In this document: one piece after another, positions 6,706 through 16,187 of the stretch
How the letters are laid out: every line of letters begins with the position of its first letter
Numbering within the stretch: position 1 is the first letter of the stretch
Assembly (NCBI GenBank): GCA_965247115.1
Contig: CBDFGR010000003.1
Span: forward strand, 800,001 to 864,000
Direction of reading: 5' to 3'
Origin: Myxococcota bacterium
Lineage (GTDB): Bacteria > Myxococcota_A > UBA9160 > SZUA-336
Length of the DNA: 64,000 bases
Translations under genes and position numbers: made by a program
The notes under the pieces: model-generated
What the model was told of the DNA's origin: nothing
Databases searched by the model: none
What the model saw: only the letters and a program-made list of their open reading frames with translations

Positions 6706-7209
6706 ATGCCACGCATCGGAGCAGCACTTCACGACGTAGAGGACAACGACATGCCGAGAGGAAGCTGGGTCGCTCTTGAGTCCGGCAAGTACCCGTTCAT
6801 GATTACCGACAGCGAGTACAAGCCGACGAAGAGGGGAGACGGGATGTGCTTGCACCTCACACTGCAGTGCATCCACCCAGATCACACCCGAGTAGAGCTG
6901 CGCGACTTTCTGACGCTCGAGCATCCCAATCCAGACACGGTCCGAATCGCGAAGGGTCGGCTGAAGCAGATCGGACTGGCCTGCAAGGTCAGGAATCCCG
7001 ACTTCATCCAGGACAGCGAGGAGCTCCACAACATCCCGTTTGTCGCCAGCGTCTCGAAGGAAGAGGCGGAGGATCCGAAGTACGGAGATGTGGACGGCTA
7101 CGAGAACCGGATTGCCAAGTACAAGCGGATCGACGGCAACGCCCCGATGTCCGAGCCACTGCCAGAGCAGTCGCAGCCTACTCGGGCCTCCGGGGACATC
7201 CTCTTCTGA
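6706..7209 (+). CDS. DUF669-like phage ssDNA-binding protein
   Basis: LESGKYPFMITDSEYKPTKRGDG motif, acidic tail ending DILF; follows the Sak4-like gene. Confidence 0.8.
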   Translation: MPRIGAALHDVEDNDMPRGSWVALESGKYPFMITDSEYKPTKRGDGMCLHLTLQCIHPDHTRVELRDFLTLEHPNPDTVRIAKGRLKQIGLACKVRNPDFIQDSEELHNIPFVASVSKEEAEDPKYGDVDGYENRIAKYKRIDGNAPMSEPLPEQSQPTRASGDILF

Positions 7210-7943
7210 TGGCCGAGCTCCCCCGCATCCGCAGTCCGCAGCCCCAGGTCGCCGACCGGATCTTCCGCGCCCTTGAGAGGCGGGAGGCCGATCGTCCGCG
7301 GAGCGGAAACCTCACCATGAGCGGCATCGGAGAGTGCGCTCGCCACCTCTGGGCCGAGCGAAACGAGCACTCGACGCCGAAATCCAGGCCAGGCCGGGTG
7401 CTCGCGACCTTCGAGTACGGAAACGCGACCGAGTCCCATGTGATCCGGCTCCTCCGCCTCGCGGACTACCTGATCGGGGCGGAGCAGCGTCGCGTCACCT
7501 GTGATCTCGGCGATGGACTCACACTGCGCGGCCGGATCGACGGAACGATCCTCCTCGGCAAGAAATATTCCGAACGGCTGGAGGCGCTGCTCGAGGTGAA
7601 AAGTGCGAAGGCGTCGCAGTTCGAGGAGTGCAAGGCGAAGGGCTACGAGAAGTGGAATCCGAAGTACGCGGACCAGCTGCAGATGTACATGGGCGCGGGA
7701 GGCTTCCACATCGCCCTTGCCTTCGTCTATTGCAAGGACATCTCCGAGCCCTACCCGGAGAAGATCCGCTTCGAGCCAGAGCGCTACGAGGCCCTGAAGG
7801 CGAAGGCACGTCTGATTCTCACCTCCGAGGAGCCGCCCAAGCGCCCCGACGAGGCGACATCCCAGTTCTGCAAGTTCTGCAAGTGGTGTGACGCGAACGA
7901 GTGGTGCTGGTCGCCCGTCGCGGAGACACGCTTCGACGACTAA
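7209..7943 (+). CDS. Cas4-like PD-(D/E)XK exonuclease with putative 4Fe-4S cysteines
   Basis: TGATG-coupled start; GECARHLW, GRIDG..LLEVKS, QLQMY, CKWC...C. Confidence 0.85.
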   Translation: MAELPRIRSPQPQVADRIFRALERREADRPRSGNLTMSGIGECARHLWAERNEHSTPKSRPGRVLATFEYGNATESHVIRLLRLADYLIGAEQRRVTCDLGDGLTLRGRIDGTILLGKKYSERLEALLEVKSAKASQFEECKAKGYEKWNPKYADQLQMYMGAGGFHIALAFVYCKDISEPYPEKIRFEPERYEALKAKARLILTSEEPPKRPDEATSQFCKFCKWCDANEWCWSPVAETRFDD

Positions 7944-8045
7944 GGGGAAGGGCTGTGGAAAGGAAGAATCGTCGCTGTCAGAGAGTCGGAGAGGGTTCGA
8001 ACCCTCAAAGAGCGTCGCGCCGACAGCAAGACGGGGCCTATCGAG

Positions 8046-8135
8046 ATGACCGTGTTCTGGCTTGGTCTCGGGGTCTTCCTCGCGCTGTTCTGTGTTGCGG
8101 CAATGAGCAAGCTATGGGCGCTGGTGCCGTGGTGA
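8046..8135 (+). CDS. 29-aa hydrophobic peptide MTVFWLGLGVFLALFCVAAMSKLWALVPW
   Basis: Manual translation; single TM helix; ends 1 nt before the integrase ATG. Confidence 0.4.
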   Translation: MTVFWLGLGVFLALFCVAAMSKLWALVPW

Positions 8136-8136
8136 G

Positions 8137-9351
8137 ATGACTTCATCTGTCCTCAGCCTTCGCCGCGAATTCACTACCCGCGCCCTGCTCGGACAGGGTA
8201 TACGGGTAGAGATGGCGCGCGATCTGTTCAATGTCCGACAACGCAAGGACTCGGGAGCTTGGTACGTCGATTGCCGGCCCTACGGGCGCATCCAGTGGAT
8301 CATGGTCGAGGAAGTCGGGAAGAAGCCTCTAGACGAGCAGATGGCCCACATGCTGCTTGCCTGGATCAGGGCAGAGATCGCGGGCGGAAAGTCTCCGAAA
8401 GAGGCTGTAGACCCCTATCTCCCGCGCCCGACAGCCCTCGTCCGAGATCGCCTGCCGGCCTGGCTTGAGATGATGAGCGACCAGGTCGAACGGGGGGATC
8501 GTAGCCCCACCTACCTGCGCGAGCTCGTGCGCTACGCGAAGCCGAGCGGCCACTTCTCGCCACTCTTCGAGGTCTCGACCTACGGGATCTCCTACGGCCT
8601 CATCGAGGACTGGACCAAGATCCTGGCCGATCGAGGCTTGGGGCAAAAGACCAGAACGAACGTCGTCGGTGCCTTCCATTCCTTCCTTGGCTGGCTGGTC
8701 AGTCGCGAGGAGATCTCAGCGGTCCCGAAGTTTCCGCCGCAGCCCAAGACCGTCCATCGCCCTCATATCATCCCGCCCGACGTACAGGACGCGATACTCA
8801 AGGAGATCCCCGAGCAAAAGCGCGGGGCCTTCATAACGTCTGTCGAACTCCTCCTCCGGCCTGGTGAGGTTCGCGCGCTCAACGTCGAGAACTACGACCG
8901 CCGAACCAGGGTCCTGTGCGTCGCCCACGCGATGAAAGGCCCCCGCAGAGACGCGCCTCGCAGGGAGACGAAGGAGGGCGACATCCGCTACCGCGAAGCC
9001 TCAGATCGCCTCCATGCTTGGATCGAGCGGTACGTGCCACTCCTGGCCGTCTACGAGGGCGAACGGCCGCTCTTCGCGAACCCGGATGCCAAGGCCGCGC
9101 TCAATCCCAGCAAGCGCTGGACACATGATCCGCTTCGAACGAACTGGAACGAAGCAGCGACACGAGCGGGGCATCCTGGCGTGCAACTCTACGAGGGCAC
9201 GAAGCACTCGACCGCGACTGCGCTGCGTCGCGCTGGTGTTCCACTCGATGTGATCCAGGCCGCTGCCGGACACAAAGACGTGCGCTCGACCGAGCGCTAC
9301 GCGCAGTTAGCCGACGATGTAGTCGCCGACGCCCTCAGGAAACGACGGTGA
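8137..9351 (+). CDS. Tyrosine recombinase/phage integrase (alternative start 8212)
   Basis: LLRPGEVRAL (Arg I), YEGTKHS box II variant, GHKDVRSTERY (His, Tyr); adjacent to att. Confidence 0.92.
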   Translation: MTSSVLSLRREFTTRALLGQGIRVEMARDLFNVRQRKDSGAWYVDCRPYGRIQWIMVEEVGKKPLDEQMAHMLLAWIRAEIAGGKSPKEAVDPYLPRPTALVRDRLPAWLEMMSDQVERGDRSPTYLRELVRYAKPSGHFSPLFEVSTYGISYGLIEDWTKILADRGLGQKTRTNVVGAFHSFLGWLVSREEISAVPKFPPQPKTVHRPHIIPPDVQDAILKEIPEQKRGAFITSVELLLRPGEVRALNVENYDRRTRVLCVAHAMKGPRRDAPRRETKEGDIRYREASDRLHAWIERYVPLLAVYEGERPLFANPDAKAALNPSKRWTHDPLRTNWNEAATRAGHPGVQLYEGTKHSTATALRRAGVPLDVIQAAAGHKDVRSTERYAQLADDVVADALRKRR

Positions 9352-9429
9352 ATCTGTCACAGGTATGCCACGGGAGCTGGGAGATGCCGAAAACTGCTAA
9401 ACACGACAGTGAGTTACGCCCCGGTGTTG

Positions 9430-9456
9430 GGGTTCGATTCCCGTGCGCTTCCGCCA
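9430..9456 (+). other. Prophage att site: 3' end of tRNA-Sec (selC)
   Basis: GGG-TTCGATT-CCCGT T-arm half, 8-nt acceptor strand GCGCTTCC, G discriminator, CCA; no upstream tRNA body. Confidence 0.8.
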
Positions 9457-9466
9457 GCTGGCCTTG

Positions 9467-10060
9467 CTACGCCGGCAGCTCGTAGCCGATCGCGGCCTCG
9501 ATATCACACGTACGCTGCACGGCGGGACGCGCCATCATTCGACGGTAGTGTTCGTCCAGGTTCGGGAACTCACCAGGCGCCGGATGAAGCGAGTTCCGGA
9601 AGCGCCAGTAGAGGCGGAAGAGGTGGATATCCGCAATCGAATAGTCGTCCAGCGCCCACTCGCGGGGTCCGAGTCGCCGGTCCGTGATGCCGAACACAGC
9701 ACGGCAGCGGTCGATCCCCTGGCGCCGTGCAGGGTGGACGGTCGCGGCAATGAACGACATCCACGAGATTACCTGCGCCTCCGCTGCGACGTCGCCGTTC
9801 GGGAGCAGAGCAGCTTCGGGGAAGCGCCTGGCCAGGTAGAACAGAATCGCCGCAACCTCGGTCAGCGGGCGGCCATCTACCAGCAGGGTCGGTACCTTGC
9901 CCTCGGGGTTCAGCGCGAGAAACTCGGGCGCTCGGTTCTCATTCTTGGCGAATGAGATCGGCCGGCTCTCGAACGGGACACCGATCTCGTGCAGCGCGAT
10001 GTGCGGCGCCATCGAACTGGACCCTGGCGCGAAGTAGAGCGTCAACGTAGGCGTCGGCAT
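9467..10060 (-). CDS. Glutathione S-transferase family protein
   Basis: LYFAPGSSSMAPHIALHE, LNPEGKVPTL, YSIADIHLF. Confidence 0.92.
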   Translation of the reverse strand: MPTPTLTLYFAPGSSSMAPHIALHEIGVPFESRPISFAKNENRAPEFLALNPEGKVPTLLVDGRPLTEVAAILFYLARRFPEAALLPNGDVAAEAQVISWMSFIAATVHPARRQGIDRCRAVFGITDRRLGPREWALDDYSIADIHLFRLYWRFRNSLHPAPGEFPNLDEHYRRMMARPAVQRTCDIEAAIGYELPA

Positions 10061-10103
10061 GGGCATTCCTCCGGTGGGCTGCTCGAACGCGACAGGGTAC
10101 CTC

Positions 10104-11483
10104 TCATGCTGCTCGACCGGGTCGCCACGGTCCCTTGCTGCAGGCCACAAGCGCGACGATGACGAAGCAGCAGAGGGCGCAGATCTGGATCCATGCGGTC
10201 CAGCCCCAGGCCTCCACCACCCTTGGCAAGGCCAGGTTGAACACCAGGCCGCTCCCCACGCCGAGCACGCCGGTAATGCCGAAGGCTCGAGCCACGCCGA
10301 AGGGGCTGATGGCCTCGGCGCTCTCGGAGACCAGAGCGCACCACGCCGGGTAGATGAAGCCGGCGAACCAGCCCGTGATGGACCAGGAGAAAGCGAGCGC
10401 GACGTAGCTCGTTCCCACGGGCCGGGAGGCCGCCCAGAGAAAGCAGAGCCCCGTGGACACGCCGCCGAACGCGATCACGGTCTTGCGCACCTGGAGCCGG
10501 TCGGAGATCCAGCCGGAGACGAAGACGCTGAAAGTGAACACGAGCCAGAAGTAGGAGGTCAGGTCCGATGCCTGCGCCGCCTCGATACCGAAGTGCTGCT
10601 GGAAGTAGGTTGGGACGAACATGGCCACCGTGAAGTAGGCGACGCTCCAGAACAAGATCGCGAGGCTCAGGGCCCAGAGCCGCCAGTCTCGGTAGACCAG
10701 GTTGCCGGCGCGCTGCGCGGCGGCGAAGTCCGTGAAGCCGGCCTCGCTGACGGCTGCCGCAAGAGCGTCCTCCCGGTCGTGCACGATGTGACCGCGAACC
10801 CGCATGGAGAGGTCGCGGTAGAAGACCGCCAGTACGGCGACCGTGACGGCGGCGAAGCCACCGGCGATCCAGAACTGCGGTCGCCAGCCGGGCCAAACGG
10901 GGATCGTGCGCGCGGCGACCCAGGTCGAGAGCAGCGCCCCGATCGTGAATGCGAGGCTGAGCCAGGCATAGACCATGGCCCGGCCCATCTGCGGTGTGAT
11001 GTCGCGCAGCGCGGCGTTGACGGCCGGGCTCATGCCCGAGACCACGGTACCGCCGACCACCCACAGCACCGCCAGGGTGAGGAAGTCCGGCGCGAGCGCG
11101 GAGCCCACCGCGATGCCAAGGTAGGCCACCACCGGCCACAGAATGATCGCGCGCCGCCCGTAGCGATCCGCCAGCTGGCTGAAGAGCAACGCGCCCCCCA
11201 CCTGCGTTACGGCGGCCACCGCCCCGACGTACCCCCACTCGCGCAGCGAGACGCCGAAGTCATCGAACATGTAGACGAGGACCGGCCCGATCTTGAGCCG
11301 CTCGAACTGCTCGATCGCCCACGCGAAGATGATCAGGCCCAGCAGCCACCACCGCAGAGCCCCCGTCGGAAAGAAGTCGAGCTCGCGCTGGCGCAGATAG
11401 GACCAGAAGCCGCTGACTGGGGGCGGGGTCTCTTCAGCGGTCGGCGAGGCTTCGGTCATCTGTGAAGGGGTGCTCGTTCCCAC
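10104..11483 (-). CDS. MFS transporter
   Basis: About 12 TM segments; LADRYGRR motif A. Confidence 0.9.
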   Translation of the reverse strand: MGTSTPSQMTEASPTAEETPPPVSGFWSYLRQRELDFFPTGALRWWLLGLIIFAWAIEQFERLKIGPVLVYMFDDFGVSLREWGYVGAVAAVTQVGGALLFSQLADRYGRRAIILWPVVAYLGIAVGSALAPDFLTLAVLWVVGGTVVSGMSPAVNAALRDITPQMGRAMVYAWLSLAFTIGALLSTWVAARTIPVWPGWRPQFWIAGGFAAVTVAVLAVFYRDLSMRVRGHIVHDREDALAAAVSEAGFTDFAAAQRAGNLVYRDWRLWALSLAILFWSVAYFTVAMFVPTYFQQHFGIEAAQASDLTSYFWLVFTFSVFVSGWISDRLQVRKTVIAFGGVSTGLCFLWAASRPVGTSYVALAFSWSITGWFAGFIYPAWCALVSESAEAISPFGVARAFGITGVLGVGSGLVFNLALPRVVEAWGWTAWIQICALCCFVIVALVACSKGPWRPGRAA

Positions 11484-11560
11484 CAGACTACACGGTAAAC
11501 CGCTGACGCATTCAAGTATATTGATGGAAACGCTGCCGCAAACGCAGGGAAGGTTCCGAC

Positions 11561-13354
11561 ATGATTGTCCAGATCCGTCCGGAGTACAAAGTGGTTACCG
11601 AGACGAATGTCCCGATGAAGACTCGCGACGGTGTGACCCTCTTTGCCGACGTGGTGCGTCCGGACGTGCCGGGCCGTTTCCCGGTCCTCTTGAGCCGGAC
11701 ACCGTACGGCAAGCAGGGAATGGACGACCCCAACGGGCCTCATCACCTCTTCGCGCGCTACGGCTACATCGCGGTCATGCAGGATTGTCGGGGTCGCTTC
11801 GCTTCAGAAGGGGAGTACGACACGATCTTCCAGGAGATCCCGGACGGCTACGACGCCGTCGAGTGGGCCGCACGGTTGCCCTGGTCCAACGGGCGGGTCG
11901 GAACGACGGGCCAGTCATACCTCGGACTCACGCAGTACATGATCGCGTGTAACGACCCGATGCCCCCCTCCCTCCAGGCAATGGCCCCAGTCTCGGCGTC
12001 TTCTGACTACCACGCCAGCTGGATCTACCACACGGGCGGGGCGGCGCTCTGGGGTTGGATGGCGCCCTATGCGATCTTCAAGGGGCTCAACACGCTCGAG
12101 CGGAAGCAGCGCCCCGATCTGTTGGAGGCGATGAAGGAGTACGTGGAGGGAGGCGACTTCTCCGTCCCCCGCCGCACCCGCTTCGGCGGCAACGCCTTCA
12201 CGCCCCTTGCCGAGAAGTGGTACAGGCACCTCCCCATCAAGGATTGGGGCGACCTGCTCGAAGAGACAGCGCCGTACTTCGCCGAGCACGTACGGCACGC
12301 CGACGACGGTGAGTACTGGTACCGGGCCAACGTCAATCGCCATGCCGATAGCGTGACGGTGCCGATGCTGCACGTCACCTCGTGGTACGACATCTTCGCA
12401 GAGGGCGGGCCGAGCGCCTATCAGAGCATCGTGGCAAACAGCCGGTCCGAAAGGGCGCGCAACGGCCAGCGACTCATCATCGGTCCCTGGGGACACCTGC
12501 TCCCCTATCACGTGCCGAGCTCACGGGGCACCGGCGACATCGACTTCGGACCCGCTGCCCGGATCGACCTCAACGAGACGCTTCTGCGCTGGTTCGACTA
12601 CTGGCTCAAGGATCAGGCCAACGGGATCATGGACGAGCCGCCGGTCACCGTGTTCACGCTGGGGGAGAACCGCTGGCAAGAATTCTCCGACTGGCCACCG
12701 CCCAGCATGCGCCAGGTACGATACTTCCTTCACAGCCAGCAGGGGGCCAACTCGTTGCAGGGGGACGGAACGATCGCGACCTTCCCGCCTGGAGAACAAC
12801 CCGCAGATACGTACGTCTACGATCCGAACGACCCCACGCCGTCGCTGGGCGGGAACAATCTGACCATCGACCTCGGGGTACAGGATCAGCGGGCGGTCGA
12901 GGAGCGAAACGACGTACTGGTGTACACGTCGGATGCTCTCGAAGAGCCGCTCGAGATCACGGGACCGGTAAGCGTGTCGCTCTGGGCGTCGTCGTCAGCC
13001 GTCGATACGGACTTCACCGCAAAGCTCGTGGACGTGCACCCCGACGGCTACGCGCAGAACCTCCTCGACGGGATCATCCGCGCCCGCTATCGCGAGTCCG
13101 CGAGTGCGCCGGAGTTGCTGGAGCCGGGCAGGCCGTACCTCTTCACCATCGACTTATGGGCCACGAGCAACGTCTTCTTGCCGGGACATCGAATTCGCAT
13201 CGAGGTCAGCTCGAGCAACTTCCCCCGCTTCGATCGCAACCTCAACACCGGGCAGCCCTTTGGCGAGGGAACCCGAGGTCAGCCGGCCCAGCAGACGGTC
13301 TTCCACCAGGAAGACATGCCGTCCTACATCCTCTTACCCATCCTCCCAAGGTGA
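11561..13354 (+). CDS. CocE/NonD family hydrolase
   Basis: RDGVTLFAD, RTPYGK, GQSYLG nucleophile, GPWGH, SSNFPRFDRN. Confidence 0.95.
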   Translation: MIVQIRPEYKVVTETNVPMKTRDGVTLFADVVRPDVPGRFPVLLSRTPYGKQGMDDPNGPHHLFARYGYIAVMQDCRGRFASEGEYDTIFQEIPDGYDAVEWAARLPWSNGRVGTTGQSYLGLTQYMIACNDPMPPSLQAMAPVSASSDYHASWIYHTGGAALWGWMAPYAIFKGLNTLERKQRPDLLEAMKEYVEGGDFSVPRRTRFGGNAFTPLAEKWYRHLPIKDWGDLLEETAPYFAEHVRHADDGEYWYRANVNRHADSVTVPMLHVTSWYDIFAEGGPSAYQSIVANSRSERARNGQRLIIGPWGHLLPYHVPSSRGTGDIDFGPAARIDLNETLLRWFDYWLKDQANGIMDEPPVTVFTLGENRWQEFSDWPPPSMRQVRYFLHSQQGANSLQGDGTIATFPPGEQPADTYVYDPNDPTPSLGGNNLTIDLGVQDQRAVEERNDVLVYTSDALEEPLEITGPVSVSLWASSSAVDTDFTAKLVDVHPDGYAQNLLDGIIRARYRESASAPELLEPGRPYLFTIDLWATSNVFLPGHRIRIEVSSSNFPRFDRNLNTGQPFGEGTRGQPAQQTVFHQEDMPSYILLPILPR

Positions 13355-13358
13355 GACG

Positions 13359-14090
13359 ATGGGACACGGCCTACCGTCCATCCCACTGACAAGCCTGCTG
13401 ATCGTGTTTGCTCCCACCGTGGGCTTGCTCCTCCTCATGCATCGTTGGTCACTCAACGCCCCGAGGGGGCTCTACGCCAACGCGCGCATGCTCGCGCAGC
13501 TCCTACTCGTCGGGTACGTACTCACGTACGTCTTCGACGCCGAGGAGCCCGTCATCATCGGTGCGGTGGTGGCCGTGATGATCCTCGTTTCGTCCTGGAT
13601 CGTGCTACGACCACCCAGGGAACGCGGCCTCAGCTTGTATCTCGTCGTGGTGGCAGCAATCGTGGCCGCGGGCCTACCGATGCTCTTCCTGGTGACCCAG
13701 ATCGTGCTGGAGATGCCGCGCTGGTTCGAGCCCGTTTTGGTCGTCCCGCTGGCGGGGATGATCTTCTACACCACGATGAACACCGTGAGTCTCGCCGCGG
13801 AGCGGTTCGAATCCGAGAAGAACCGCAACGCTGACTACACAACTGCTCGGCGAATCGCGCTCGAGGCCGCGCTGATCCCCCAGACGAACGGTCTGTTAGC
13901 GGTCGGTCTGGTTTCGCTCCCCGGGATGATGACGGGGTAGATTCTCTCGGGTGTCGATCCGCTGATCGCGGCGCGATACCAGATCATGGTGATGTGGATG
14001 CTCTTTGGTGCCGGGGGGCTGGCCGCCGCCCTCTATCTCTCGATGCGACGATTCGGTGAAGCGCCTGGAGGAAGCCCCCAAAGCACGTGA
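13359..14090 (+). pseudogene. fetB: FetB/YbbM-like (UPF0014) ABC permease interrupted by an in-frame TAG at 13938-13940
   Basis: GLVSLPGMMTG*ILSGVDPLIAARYQIMVM, where the family motif has Q at the stop; frame continues to TGA 14090. Confidence 0.8.
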
Positions 14091-14196
14091 TCCGTGGCAG
14101 CTCGAAGCAGGCTGAGGCGAGCGGGATCGGTTCGCACGGGCGTGCGGTTCAGGCCTCAACCTGACGGGTCGATGACGCCGTCAGCGAGGTCACGGT

Positions 14197-14961
14197 TTGG
14201 GACGAGCTCGAGGACGCATCCTCCTCACCGCAGTAGTGCTGCTTGGCTCCGTCTGGGCCGGCAGCGCTCACGGCGACCAGGTCTATCGCTGGGTCGAGAA
14301 GAATGGATCCGTCCACTTCTCGGATTCTTACTACGACGTCCCACCGGAGTACCAGCAACAGGTCTCCAGGAGTGAGGATTTCGGCGATCGCCTGACCGTC
14401 ATTGAGGGTCTGAACAAGCAGCTCGGACCTGCTCGTGACCCGACCCAGGGAGGTCCACCCGGCGAGCCTACCGAGCCGCAGGACTCCGCGCGGACCGTTC
14501 CCGACCTCTCCGGGATTTCCAACCTCTCCGATTTGTCCGATCTCTCCAAGCTGTCGCTCGGAGCCGGCGCCATCGTCGGACTCGCGCTCCTGTTCCCGGT
14601 CTTGATCTTCGTCGGTCTGGCCATCGCCTCCGTCATCCTGATCAGCGCCTGCAACATGGTGGACCAGGAGCCACCGAGCCTGTGGCGCGGAATGTGGATC
14701 AGCTTCGTCTGTTCGGCATTCCCGAACTTGGTTCAGACACTCCTGTTCTGGGGAGTCGATGTCTCTCGCTTCGGCATCGCAGGCCTGCTCGGCCTTCTGG
14801 TCCTTGCACTGGCGCTCAACGTTCTCGTGCTACGGGGACTGCTCTGCAAGACGTTCGGCAAGGCCGTAGCCGTCCTGTTAGCTCAGCTCCTCATCGCGTT
14901 TGTCATCGGCGTCGTCATCTTCGGTGTCGTTCTCCTTGGCTCCTGCGTGCTCGCCGCATGA
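14197..14961 (+). CDS. DUF4124-domain membrane protein
   Basis: Signal peptide, VYRWVEKNGSVHFSD, four C-terminal TM helices. Confidence 0.8.
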   Translation: MGRARGRILLTAVVLLGSVWAGSAHGDQVYRWVEKNGSVHFSDSYYDVPPEYQQQVSRSEDFGDRLTVIEGLNKQLGPARDPTQGGPPGEPTEPQDSARTVPDLSGISNLSDLSDLSKLSLGAGAIVGLALLFPVLIFVGLAIASVILISACNMVDQEPPSLWRGMWISFVCSAFPNLVQTLLFWGVDVSRFGIAGLLGLLVLALALNVLVLRGLLCKTFGKAVAVLLAQLLIAFVIGVVIFGVVLLGSCVLAA

Positions 14962-15079
14962 CAGGCGACACTGGCGCTGACTGTGCGTGCGGCAGCCCTT
15001 TCCTTTTTCGCCTAAGGATCCGCACGACCTCGACCCGATAACAGTCCCCGGGGAACCATTTTCCGTGGGGTGGCTCGCC

Positions 15080-16147
15080 ATGCCGAGATCGCGATTTCGA
15101 ACTATCTTTGTCTATCGGGCGCTTGCCGCCTTCCTTTGCCTGAGCCTTGCCGGTTGCAGCATCAAGGACAGCTACGTTGGGCAGCTGATCGGGCACGGCT
15201 GGTCGCAGAACGAGTTTGAGGGGCAGGTCCTTCGCGGGACGGAGGGACGTGGCGCCGAACGTCTCGCTTCCGAGCGCAAGTTCGATCCCGCGATCAATCA
15301 GTGGGTCGAGCTGCACGGAACTCCAGACTACTTCGTGATCCTGCCAGGAGACACGATCGAGTTCTGCTACATCAAAGAGGATCGAGTCGTCGAGTTCACC
15401 AAGGCGGACTGGATCTCGAGCAGCACGCCCGAGGTGGTCGACGTGATCCCGGAGAGGCTCTCCAATTTCTTCGTCCTCAAGGACAGAGAGCGCCTGGCTG
15501 CCCAGCGAGGGGCCGCCGAGGCCAAGTCGAAGGCGACAGCGTCGGCCCGCATCGCGAGGGCCACGCGCAGGCGCACGCAGGCTGCCAATAGACTGCGGCC
15601 GAATACTCCACAGCGGACGTCTCCCGCAGCTCCCAGCAGATCCTCGGCCAGCGTACCGAGCGTCCCGCGCGGAGGCCGTCTCAACCCGGATTGGCGGATC
15701 GGAGAGAAGCGAAAGCTCGGGATCGGGATCTTCAAGGAGCTGGTCGCGGAGCACTCCGGCTGGAGCATCTGGTGGAGCCAGAGCGGGTCCTTCAGTCCCA
15801 GGTGCTATGCCCAGAAGTTCGCTTTCCAGACCTCGGGCCTCACGCCGCCGTGGGTCGAGCTGGTGATCATGCTGGGCACCGAGAGCCCAAAGACGCACGT
15901 GAGCTTCGAAGGACCGGGCGGATCCGAGCACCAGGGCGCGAAGATCGAGATCGATGGCAAGTACTATGTCTCCGTCTCGGAGGGCGACATTCCCGGCCTG
16001 GAGGGGAAGAGCGCTGACTTCGAGGTGACGATGGGCGCGTGGGAACACCTCGACACGACCACCACTCGAGGGCGGATCGACCTCCGGGGCATCTCTCGCG
16101 CGCACGAGCTTGCCAAGAAGTGCGCCACAAGCCACGCGAGCTCATAG
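15080..16147 (+). CDS. Hypothetical lipoprotein
   Basis: Lipobox LAGC; two domains joined by an Ala/Pro/Arg-rich linker. Confidence 0.65.
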   Translation: MPRSRFRTIFVYRALAAFLCLSLAGCSIKDSYVGQLIGHGWSQNEFEGQVLRGTEGRGAERLASERKFDPAINQWVELHGTPDYFVILPGDTIEFCYIKEDRVVEFTKADWISSSTPEVVDVIPERLSNFFVLKDRERLAAQRGAAEAKSKATASARIARATRRRTQAANRLRPNTPQRTSPAAPSRSSASVPSVPRGGRLNPDWRIGEKRKLGIGIFKELVAEHSGWSIWWSQSGSFSPRCYAQKFAFQTSGLTPPWVELVIMLGTESPKTHVSFEGPGGSEHQGAKIEIDGKYYVSVSEGDIPGLEGKSADFEVTMGAWEHLDTTTTRGRIDLRGISRAHELAKKCATSHASS

Positions 16148-16187
16148 ATCCCGAGTCCCCCGAGAGCAAGGTCGCTATACTCGCAGC

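Larger units (their letters stand above)
1..9456. mobile_element. Right arm of a temperate prophage integrated at tRNA-Sec (continues left of the window)
   Basis: cro/cI-like HTH pair, short coupled ORFs, ATPase/SSB/exonuclease module and tyrosine integrase followed by a tRNA 3'-end fragment; host metabolic genes start immediately after. Confidence 0.9.

Noticed and set aside
5917..7029. Long antisense ORF over the ATPase and SSB genes
   Set aside because: In-register shadow of high-GC genes with no coupling or SD; treated as background for the antisense findings
6846..7208. N-terminal extension of the exonuclease given by the ORF track
   Set aside because: Overlaps the SSB gene; the TGATG-coupled start at 7209 is more plausible
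7209..7943. CRISPR-Cas locus
   Set aside because: Cas4-like nuclease stands alone in a phage recombination module, with no cas1/cas2 or array
9400..9456. Complete tRNA gene
   Set aside because: Only the T-arm half and acceptor 3' strand are present; no D-arm or anticodon arm
13938..13940. Programmed recoding (pyrrolysine or selenocysteine) at the fetB stop
   Set aside because: The codon is TAG at a conserved Gln position, other genes here use TAG as a normal stop, and no pyl genes are seen
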